A stretch of DNA of 33,356 nt from Pyrinomonadaceae bacterium (GTDB taxonomy: Bacteria; Acidobacteriota; Blastocatellia; Pyrinomonadales; Pyrinomonadaceae). Position numbers and translations under genes: made by a program. The stretch is taken from contig JANMSP010000422.1 of assembly GCA_031389475.1 (NCBI GenBank), positions 1 to 33,356 on the forward strand, written 5' to 3'. Positions 18,042 to 24,887 of this stretch are shown here, piece after piece; position 1 is the first letter of the stretch, and every line of letters starts with the position of its first letter. A model generated the notes under the pieces. The model was given only the letters and a program-made list of their open reading frames with translations, did not search any database and had not been told where the DNA came from.

Positions 18042-19109
18042 TTTACCCTTTTCCTCCTTTAACAATTGTTCTTTTCGCCCAATGCCCCACCGGTAGCCGC
18101 TTATCTTTCCGTTCGAGGCGATCACGCGGTGGCAAGGAGTTGCCAAAGCGACCGGATTTGTCGCGCAAGCTCTTGCTACCGCTCTGACCGCTTTTGGATT
18201 TCCCAGATTTTCCGCAATCTGGCCGTAGGAACGCGTTTCTCCATAAGGAATATTGCGAAGTTCCGCCCATACACGCATTTGAAAAGCGCTTGCCCGCAGA
18301 TCGAGCGGCAGATTTAGAATCGTCTTTTCACCATCCAGGCTTTTTAAGATAATTTCAACAGATTCTTTCAATACGGAGTCATTTTTCTCCACATCCGCGG
18401 CAAAAAACTCCATTTTCAATTCACTTAAAAGCTCCGATTCATCATCGCCGAAACTTATCGAGCAAATCCCTTTCTCAGTCGACGCGACCAGCATTTTGCC
18501 AATCGGCGAATCCACGATCGTGTATCCGATTTTCATATCCTTCCCGCCTTTCTTATAAATCGCCGGAGTCATTCCGAGTGTTTCCCCGGCTTTCTCGTAA
18601 AGTGCCCGGCTCGATCCGAAACCGCTTTCGTACAGGGACGTCGTGACATCCATTTTCCTCACATTCTCCTTAAAATTCTCGATGCGGAACATATCCGAAA
18701 CCTCCTTGGGAGACAGCCCGAGCAACAGTTTAAAGGTCTTTTGCAAATGCCCGGCGCTGACATTCAAACGGCTGCCCAATTCAGCAATGGTCGGCGTTTC
18801 CATTTCATCCGACTTTAAGAATTGCAATGCATTTGCGACCAATTGAGCGTTGGCTCCGGGAAAATATTCGTCTTTCGGCTTGCATCGCAAACAGGCCCGA
18901 AATCCGGCGTCTTCCGCTTCGCCCGGCGTGATAAAAAACGAAACATTTTCCCGTTTCGGAGGCCTTGACGAACACGACGGGCGGCAAAAAATACCGGTCG
19001 TCCGGACCGCGAAATAGAACGCCCCGTCAAATTCGGCGGTTTTGTTTTCCAACGCCAGCCAGCGCCAATCGCTGAATTCATTCTGTTTAGATATTTGCTG
19101 CTTGATCAT
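18039..19109 (-). CDS. ada: Bifunctional Ada: methylphosphotriester Zn-Cys domain, AraC HTH and O6-alkylguanine-DNA alkyltransferase
   Basis: The N-terminus has CRPSC...CLRC (Ada Cys4 zinc site). The middle is an AraC-type HTH (...IAELGSRLNVSAGHLQKTFK...). The C-terminus has PCHRVI and the helix-turn-wing of Ogt. Confidence 0.9.
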   Translation of the reverse strand: MIKQQISKQNEFSDWRWLALENKTAEFDGAFYFAVRTTGIFCRPSCSSRPPKRENVSFFITPGEAEDAGFRACLRCKPKDEYFPGANAQLVANALQFLKSDEMETPTIAELGSRLNVSAGHLQKTFKLLLGLSPKEVSDMFRIENFKENVRKMDVTTSLYESGFGSSRALYEKAGETLGMTPAIYKKGGKDMKIGYTIVDSPIGKMLVASTEKGICSISFGDDESELLSELKMEFFAADVEKNDSVLKESVEIILKSLDGEKTILNLPLDLRASAFQMRVWAELRNIPYGETRSYGQIAENLGNPKAVRAVARACATNPVALATPCHRVIASNGKISGYRWGIGRKEQLLKEEKGK

Positions 19110-19376
19110 ATTTACAGTTTACAGGCGTTGGCCGCCGGTTTATATCCGATATCAGTCGTGTAATTTTTATTAACCAGCTTTTTTCCTGTTTAATATGAAA
19201 GCTGTCAAAAATGACTTAGAGAGCGCAATTATTAGGTGCCGGGGGCTACATAAATTCGAAGAATTCAGCTTTCGCGACATCGCCTATTAACATACCAGCG
19301 GGAAACGAAACGTAGAAAGCATAACATCGCCTATTACTACCGCAATTACGCCATCTTTAATCTGTTGTAAAACTAC

Positions 19377-19406
19377 CTGACATCTACCCGCGAATTGCGG
19401 TAGAAT
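19377..19406 (+). promoter_or_regulatory. Promoter candidate for the DCC-family gene, implying a leaderless mRNA
   Basis: CTGACA (19377-19382), an 18-nt spacer, then TAGAAT (19401-19406). The ATG at 19413 is the 7th nt after the -10 hexamer, and there is no SD sequence. Confidence 0.35.
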
Positions 19407-19412
19407 TTCATT

Positions 19413-19808
19413 ATGCCGGCAATAGTTTTATTTGATGGAGTATGTAGTTTTTGCAACGGTGCGGTCAATTTCGTAATCGAACGCGACACCGCGGCTTACT
19501 TTAAATTCGCACCGCTGCAATCGGAGGCGGGCGAGAAATTGGCGGCGAAGTTTGGGATCGATACCATAGAGACTGACTCGGTAATCCTGATCGAAGACGA
19601 AAAGGCGTACACGCTCTCTACGGCGGCCTTAAAAATTGCCGGAAAACTCGACGGCATTTGGTCATGGGCATCGGTTTTCAAAATCGTTCCGCGGCCGGTT
19701 CGCGATTTTTTCTATACGACGTTCGCAAAGTATCGTTACCGTCTGTTCGGCAAACGGGATTCGTGTATGATGCCGACGCCGGAGATCCGGGCACGATTTT
19801 TGACCTAG
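19413..19808 (+). CDS. DCC1-like thiol-disulfide oxidoreductase family protein (DUF393)
   Basis: The N-terminal LFDGVCSFCNGAVNFVIERD (CxxC) and the roughly 130-aa size are typical. The TAG stop (19806-19808) lies inside the CTAG terminus of MITE copy C. Confidence 0.85.
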   Translation: MPAIVLFDGVCSFCNGAVNFVIERDTAAYFKFAPLQSEAGEKLAAKFGIDTIETDSVILIEDEKAYTLSTAALKIAGKLDGIWSWASVFKIVPRPVRDFFYTTFAKYRYRLFGKRDSCMMPTPEIRARFLT

Positions 19809-19999
19809 TGCTGTGTAACCTAAGTTCCTGTTATAGAAAAGGAGGTTCTCATTTCGTGTCGTTTTGTGTAAATTCGTGGTTTCAGTTCCTAAGCGCTTGA
19901 AGAACTGGAACCACAAAAATACACGAAAAAACACGAACACGAAATGCCGACACGCATGGAAAAAATTAGAATACAGAATTTTAGGTTACAAAGCACTAG
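19805..19999. mobile_element. MITE-like palindromic element, copy C
   Basis: CTAGTGCTGTGTAACCTAAG... pairs with ...CTTAGGTTACAAAGCACTAG. The arms pair over nearly the whole length (…TTCGTGTCGTTTTGTGTAAATTCGTGGTTTCAGTTC / GAACTGGAACCACAAAAATACACGAAAAAACACGAA…). Confidence 0.7.
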
Positions 20000-20171
20000 T
20001 GCAGTGTAAACCAAGTTTTCAGGAAGTTTATTTGCTTTGTATTTCGTGGCGTTTTGTGAATTTTCGTGGTTCCAGTCTTAAAGGCCGAAGAACTGAAACC
20101 ACAAAAGCACACAAAACAACACGAAAAAAGAAACACGAAACCAGTTCAAAACATAGTTTACAGAGCACTAG
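19996..20171. mobile_element. MITE-like palindromic element, copy D, in tandem with C and sharing its CTAG
   Basis: CTAGTGCAGTGTAAACCAAG... pairs with ...GTTTACAGAGCACTAG. The inner arms are TTTCGTGGCGTTTTGTGAATTTTCGTGGTTCCAGTC and GAACTGAAACCACAAAAGCACACAAAACAACACGAAA. The CTAG at 19996-19999 is shared with copy C. Confidence 0.7.
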
Positions 20172-20226
20172 TGCAAAAGCCCGCATTTTAGTTAGGGCAT
20201 TTTAAACCACTTAAATAGGAAGTATT

Positions 20227-20508
20227 ATGAAAGCAATTTGGAACGGACAAGTTTTAGCGGAGAGCGAAGCCACCGTAGTCGTCGAAGGAAATCATTATTT
20301 CCCGGCCGAATCACTTGACACGGAGTATTTACAGCCGACCGAAACCCACTCTGTATGTGGCTGGAAAGGAACCGCAAATTATTATGACGTTGTCGTAAAT
20401 GGCGAAACGAATGGCGATGCGGCATGGTATTACCCGGAAGCGAAAGACGAAGCTAAGAATATAGAAAACTACGTCGCCTTTTGGAAAGGCGTCGAAGTAA
20501 CGGAATGA
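20227..20508 (+). CDS. DUF427 domain protein
   Basis: 93 aa. WNGQVLAES...VEGNHYFP...CGWKG.ANYY...AWYY... is the characteristic DUF427 pattern. AGGAAG lies upstream. The stop overlaps the mutS2 ATG (ATGA at 20505-20508). Confidence 0.85.
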   Translation: MKAIWNGQVLAESEATVVVEGNHYFPAESLDTEYLQPTETHSVCGWKGTANYYDVVVNGETNGDAAWYYPEAKDEAKNIENYVAFWKGVEVTE

Positions 20509-23039
20509 GTTATTCGCTCGAAACATTAGAATACGCAAAGCTGCTCGAACTTGTCAGCCGCCACGCTCAAACGCCGATGGGTGAAGAGCGTTTCGCGATA
20601 TTGCGCCCGAAAACGAGCAGAATAGAGGTCGAACGCGATCTGGCGGCGGTTTCGGAAACAATAGTGTTGAATGAAGAAAAGCAGATCTCGTGGTCATTCA
20701 GCGGACTGGAAGATCCGGGCGACGCCGTTGCGATTCTGAGAATTAAGAACGCCACGCTCGAGCCGAACCTTCTCCTCGAAGTCTCTCGCGTTTGTAATCA
20801 GGCTTTGTTTGCCCGATCTTCGATTCAGCCGGAAAAGGAAGTTGCACCTGTCTTATGGCAGATCGTCGAAAATATTCCACCGAGTTTATTGGCCGCGATA
20901 GAAAAGATCAACAAAAAGCTGCTTCCCGGCGGCGAAATCGACGATTCGGCTTCACCGGAACTTGCGAAAATCCGCCGCGAGATAAATTCGCAACGGGCAC
21001 GTTTGACCAAATCTCTCGAAGCCGTAATGAGAAATTCCGGTAATGCGATCCAGGACGAGATCGTCACCGTCCGCAACGAGCGCTTTGTTATTCCCGTCAA
21101 ATCCGATTTTCGCGGCAAGGTCGGCGGTGTCGCCCACGGTTTTTCGTCGTCGGGCGCGACCGTCTTCATCGAACCGTTGGAGGCAATAGAAGCCAACAAC
21201 GAGCTGCAAAATCTAAAAGGCAAGGAAGAACGAGAGATAGCCCGAATTCTTTTTGCATTGACCGAAGAATTGCGCGAGCAGCTTCCCGCAATTGAAACAT
21301 CAGTCCAAGCGGTTGCCGAGCTTGACTTCATTAAAGCTAAAGTAGAATTCGGCAGAAAATTCAAAGCCATAGTACCGGAAATATCTGATGAAGAGACGCT
21401 CGATTTCGTTGATGCCCGCCATCCTTTGCTGGACGAAAATCTCCGCGCGCAGGCCGCAAAAGCCGGGTCAGTACCGGGAGCCATAGCGACTGGGTTCTTA
21501 AACGATGATAAAACTGGAACCACAAAAACACACGAAATAACACTAAATAAGAAAGAAATGCATTCCGGCATAGTCCCTGTTTCATTCAAGCTGACCAAAC
21601 AAAACGGCGTCATGATAATCTCCGGCGCCAACGCCGGCGGAAAGACCGTCGTCATGAAAACCGCAGGCCTGCTTTCTCTAATGGCGATCTCCGGCCTTCC
21701 CGTTCCCGCCGCGTCCGCGAAAATTCCGTTTTATCATTCAGTTCTCGCGGACATCGGCGACCATCAATCGCTGGCCGCAAATCTCTCGACATTTTCATCG
21801 CATATGTCGAATATCGCCGGAATGATGGAGCATTGCCAATCTCCTTCGCTTGTTTTGCTTGACGAAGTGGGCACCGGTACCGATCCTGAAGAAGGCTCGG
21901 CTCTCGGCGTTGCGATCGTCGATCATTTTCGCCGAAAATGCGGTTCTCAGGTAATTGCTTCGACTCACTATCGGGGCCTAAAAATCTATGCGGCCAACGA
22001 CGAAAATGTTATCAACGCCTCGGTCGAGTTCAATGAAAAAACATTGCAGCCAACGTATAAACTTTTAATCGGTTTAGCCGGAGCGTCTTCCGGTATTGAA
22101 ATCGCCGGGCGTTTCGGGATACTACCCGAAGTTATTGATAACTCCCGGAGTAATCTGGATATTTCCGCTAAGAAAGCCGAAGATTATCTGCGAAAGCTGC
22201 AAACGGAATCAACGCTTGCCGAAGATCTGCGGATCGCCCTCGAAGAAGAACGCGAAGCTGTCGCGATGAAATATGCCGGACTCGAGATAGAGGCGAAACA
22301 GAAAGAAAAAGCACGCCAGAAGCAATTTCAGTCGGAGCTTGCCCAGACGATCGAAGAATTTGAACGTCAATCGAAAACATTTATCAAATCCATCGAAGAC
22401 AAGGCTCTCCGCAACAAATTGGACAAAGAACGCGACACCCGCAAAGCTGAATTGAATCGGGCAGTATTGTCCAAAGTCCAAAGTCCAAAGTCCAGAAATG
22501 GTGGATTATGGCAGGCAGAAACACGACCGGTCGGAAGTGTGTCAGATTCAGCATTTGAGATTAGTAACTCGCCGATTGTCGTCGGCAGCAAAGTTTACAC
22601 CTCATTCGGCAACATCGGCACCGTCGAAAAAATGGACAAGGAAGTCGCGGAAGTATTAGTCGGCGGAATGCGGCTGCGTGAAAAGATAAAGGATTTACAG
22701 GCGGTCGCGGAAGAACAAATTTCAACCGAAGGCAAGCTCGAAAAGCTCCAAAGCCAAGCCCAATCCGCAAATCTCCGCCTCGATACCGAAGATATGAACG
22801 CCGAGCTAAACCTGATCGGCCAAACAACCGCCGACGCCGAATACGAGATCGACCGCTTCCTCGACGAAGCCTACCTCGCCTCCCTGCCCCGCGTCCGCAT
22901 AATCCACGGCTTCGGCACCGGAGCATTAAAAAATTTCGTCCACCATTTCCTAAAAGGCCACCCGCACATCGACAAGTTCAGCTTCGCCCCGCAAGATCAA
23001 GGCGGCCATGGTGCTACAATAGCGGAAATGAAGCAATAG
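20505..23039 (+). CDS. mutS2: Endonuclease MutS2 (MutS domains III-V plus a C-terminal Smr domain)
   Basis: It has ARHPLL, Walker A GANAGGKT, STFSSHM, Walker B LLDEVGTGTDP and THY. The C-terminal Smr domain has RIIHGFGTGALK. The start is taken at MSYSLETLEY (20505). It carries two repeat-derived in-frame segments (see findings). Confidence 0.92.
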   Translation: MSYSLETLEYAKLLELVSRHAQTPMGEERFAILRPKTSRIEVERDLAAVSETIVLNEEKQISWSFSGLEDPGDAVAILRIKNATLEPNLLLEVSRVCNQALFARSSIQPEKEVAPVLWQIVENIPPSLLAAIEKINKKLLPGGEIDDSASPELAKIRREINSQRARLTKSLEAVMRNSGNAIQDEIVTVRNERFVIPVKSDFRGKVGGVAHGFSSSGATVFIEPLEAIEANNELQNLKGKEEREIARILFALTEELREQLPAIETSVQAVAELDFIKAKVEFGRKFKAIVPEISDEETLDFVDARHPLLDENLRAQAAKAGSVPGAIATGFLNDDKTGTTKTHEITLNKKEMHSGIVPVSFKLTKQNGVMIISGANAGGKTVVMKTAGLLSLMAISGLPVPAASAKIPFYHSVLADIGDHQSLAANLSTFSSHMSNIAGMMEHCQSPSLVLLDEVGTGTDPEEGSALGVAIVDHFRRKCGSQVIASTHYRGLKIYAANDENVINASVEFNEKTLQPTYKLLIGLAGASSGIEIAGRFGILPEVIDNSRSNLDISAKKAEDYLRKLQTESTLAEDLRIALEEEREAVAMKYAGLEIEAKQKEKARQKQFQSELAQTIEEFERQSKTFIKSIEDKALRNKLDKERDTRKAELNRAVLSKVQSPKSRNGGLWQAETRPVGSVSDSAFEISNSPIVVGSKVYTSFGNIGTVEKMDKEVAEVLVGGMRLREKIKDLQAVAEEQISTEGKLEKLQSQAQSANLRLDTEDMNAELNLIGQTTADAEYEIDRFLDEAYLASLPRVRIIHGFGTGALKNFVHHFLKGHPHIDKFSFAPQDQGGHGATIAEMKQ
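21467..21562. repeat. Repeat-element-derived segment embedded in frame in mutS2
   Basis: 21467-21499 matches 33285-33317 at 31/33 nt. 21512-21543 matches the copy C right arm at 19903-19934 at 30/32 nt. Both counts are from hand alignment. Confidence 0.65.
22469..22496. repeat. Heptanucleotide tandem repeat inside the mutS2 coding sequence
   Basis: GTCCAAA x3 (22469-22489) followed by GTCCAGA (22490-22496). It encodes ...SKVQSPKSR... in the linker before the C-terminal KOW-like/Smr region. Confidence 0.8.
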
Positions 23040-23043
23040 TTTA

Positions 23044-23072
23044 TTGACATTAGAGCAAAAAAAGACGAAAAT
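23044..23072 (+). promoter_or_regulatory. Promoter candidate preceding a long (about 235-nt) leader
   Basis: TTGACA (23044-23049), a 17-nt spacer, then GAAAAT (23067-23072). The next plausible start is the ATG at 23314, with GGAG 7 nt upstream. Confidence 0.3.
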
Positions 23073-23313
23073 CGAACCATTGCTTATCTTGGGGAAACCG
23101 TGCAACGAACATCGGCAGTTAAGGCCGAACCGATGCTGTAGTGCCTCGAAATGGTAGAGACTACTCCGGTTCACCTGTTACTGTTTATTCGCCCAGCGAT
23201 TTTCTTGAGTTTTTGCAAAGTGAATCCAATGAGTGAAGCAAAACTTTCATTCTAATCGTAAGCGATCTGCGACCCGAACCCGCCTGAATTCGCAAACAAA
23301 TCGGAGTACTCCT

Positions 23314-24003
23314 ATGAAATACTTTAATTCGCTCTTATATTTGGTAGCGCTGCTCGTTCTTGCTGAGATCCAATTCGGCCAGATAAAGCCGCAAGCGATT
23401 TTGATTGATGAGTTTGGCACGCTAGGTTGCGAAGATTTAAGTGCCCGTCAGGATGCTTTTCTCTCTGAAATTCAGAATGAGAAAAACGCGAAAGGCTACG
23501 CTGTGATTTACGCAGAAAGTGGTGATTTAAAAAAGAATCTTCGTTATGAAAGTTATATTAATGGCCATTTGAATGCCCGACGTTTTAATAATCATGAATT
23601 TATTACTGTACGAGGCCCTGAGAGGGAAAAATTAAAGATAGAGTTTTGGAAAGTACCAAAAGATGCTGACACACCTGTTTTTCCGACCGCGACCTGGTCA
23701 TATGTCATTCCACAAACGACGAAACCCTACATCTTCACTGCGGATACTTATGGTGGCGGACCCTGTGAAAGCACTTCTTACGTCAAACTCTTTGCGGACC
23801 TTCTTTTAGCAAATCCTAAGTCTCATGGCAATGTGGTCATTCGAGATAAAACAAATCGTAATTTTCGAAAACGCCAAGTCGGAGTCGTTCGAGAACTGGT
23901 CAATAGATACAACATTCCCCTTCATCGCCTCAAATTTTTCTTTGTCAAAGATAAGAACTATCCTTACGATTTTACTGATGTGGAATATTGGTTGGTTCCT
24001 TGA
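23314..24003 (+). CDS. Secreted hypothetical protein with an internal two-fold domain duplication
   Basis: It has a signal peptide (MKYFNSLLYLVALLVLAEIQFGQ). Two halves of about 95 aa each show KP..(I/F)..D.(F/Y)G..(G)CE...G.V(V)I...(E)(F/Y)W.VP. It is AT-rich by eye. The start is at 23314 (GGAG upstream) rather than 23233. Confidence 0.65.
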   Translation: MKYFNSLLYLVALLVLAEIQFGQIKPQAILIDEFGTLGCEDLSARQDAFLSEIQNEKNAKGYAVIYAESGDLKKNLRYESYINGHLNARRFNNHEFITVRGPEREKLKIEFWKVPKDADTPVFPTATWSYVIPQTTKPYIFTADTYGGGPCESTSYVKLFADLLLANPKSHGNVVIRDKTNRNFRKRQVGVVRELVNRYNIPLHRLKFFFVKDKNYPYDFTDVEYWLVP

Positions 24004-24017
24004 AGAACATAGCGATG

Positions 24018-24140
24018 ATGCTCTACGACCAGAACTTCATCGACGATCTTAAACCCGGTTTCAATCTGGTGCGGATAGTCGAACACTATGCTGCGATCAA
24101 GAAAAAAAGTTCGAATTGGATGGATTGCTGTCCATTTCAT
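24018..24140 (+). pseudogene. Remnant of the dnaG 5' end (codons 1-41), duplicated
   Basis: MLYDQNFIDDLKPGFNLVRIVEHYAAIKKKSSNWMDCCPFH aligns to dnaG codons 1-41 (24888-25010). That is about 101/123 nt and about 31/41 aa by hand alignment. Homology ends right after CCPFH, and the frame terminates 25 codons later. Confidence 0.8.
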
Positions 24141-24204
24141 TTAGCAAAAGCTCCATACCGAAATTACATTGACAAAATTGTTGGATAAAGAAGAAAATTC
24201 ACAT

Positions 24205-24435
24205 ATGACAGCAACAGTCGAATTAACATTGCCGGATAGCGTCGATTTGAGCGATATCGATATCAAGATGATAGTCGCGGCGAAGCTGTTCGATATGGGC
24301 GAACTGTCATCGGGACAAGCTGCGAAGATAGTTGGCATAACAAGGCGTGAGTTTTTAGAAACCGTCGGCAAGTATGGTGTTTCGATATTTCAGTATGATG
24401 CCGACGAATTGGAAGAAGATCTCGCAAGATTATGA
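24205..24435 (+). CDS. UPF0175-family antitoxin
   Basis: 76 aa. ...AAKLFDMGELSSGQAAKIVGITRREFLETVGKYGVSIF... matches the UPF0175 pattern of a helix, an HTH-like segment and the 'GI(P/S)' end. There is a 4-nt ATGA overlap with the downstream PIN gene. Confidence 0.8.
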   Translation: MTATVELTLPDSVDLSDIDIKMIVAAKLFDMGELSSGQAAKIVGITRREFLETVGKYGVSIFQYDADELEEDLARL

Positions 24436-24887
24436 CCCAACAAATCGTCATTGCGGATGCAAGCTGCCTGATAACGCTCGACAACATCAACGAAAATGAC
24501 TTACTTCCGAAGTTATTTGACCAAATTTATGTGACTCCCGAGGTAGCTGGCGAAGTAGGTGAGTCCTTGCCTGAATGGGCCTCTCAAAGGTCAAGCTCAA
24601 ATCAGTCCCTCGTAAATCAACTTTCTGTCGAACTCGAAATCGGGGAGGCTTCCTCGATCGCACTTGCTCTCGAACTCTCAGATTGCCTTCTTATAATTGA
24701 TGAGAAAAAAGGACGCCGCATCGCTAAACAGTTAGGGCTAAACATCACCGGCACCTTTGGAATCATCATGAAGGGATTCGAGGCCGGTTTGGTCGATGCT
24801 CTAAGTACAATTTTGGAGCGACTCGAACGAGTGGATTTTCGTATTTCCGAGACGCTTAAGGAGAAAATGCGAGCTAAAATCCAATAA
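24432..24887 (+). CDS. PIN-like toxin (DUF3368 family)
   Basis: 151 aa. It has the N-terminal IVIADASCLITL (PIN Asp), GEASSIALALE, and LLIIDEKKGRRIAKQLGLNITGTFGII, which is the DUF3368 signature. The stop TAA is immediately followed by the dnaG ATG. Confidence 0.8.
   Translation: MTQQIVIADASCLITLDNINENDLLPKLFDQIYVTPEVAGEVGESLPEWASQRSSSNQSLVNQLSVELEIGEASSIALALELSDCLLIIDEKKGRRIAKQLGLNITGTFGIIMKGFEAGLVDALSTILERLERVDFRISETLKEKMRAKIQ

Noticed and set aside
19215-19232. AGAGCGCAATTA upstream of ada, which resembles the E. coli Ada box core AAAGCGCA.
   Set aside because: It is only a 6-7 nt match in the wrong orientation relative to ada, and the AAT-N6-GCAA spacing is not satisfied.
20825-21655. 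A 276-aa ORF on the minus strand inside mutS2. Similar long antisense ORFs occur at 24966..25661 in dnaG, at 2434..2916 in the ABC ATPase, and at 27900..28561 in rpoD.
   Set aside because: They lie fully antisense to genes with unmistakable conserved motifs. Their products are Ser/Arg/Pro-rich and low in complexity, as expected from the reverse frame of mid/high-GC coding DNA. They have no start context or recognisable domains.
23085-23180. A structured segment, considered as a known riboswitch, 6S RNA, SRP RNA or tRNA.
   Set aside because: None of the conserved cores I can recall for these families is present. It is kept only as an unclassified leader (a low-interest finding).
24169-24204. 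A perfect TTGACA just upstream of the antitoxin gene, considered as the TA promoter. GTTGGAT was also considered as an integron attC-like core.
   Set aside because: No acceptable -10 hexamer occurs at 16-18 nt. The GTTRRRY match is a 7-mer expected by chance, and no attC structure follows the toxin gene. The promoter was therefore left unannotated.
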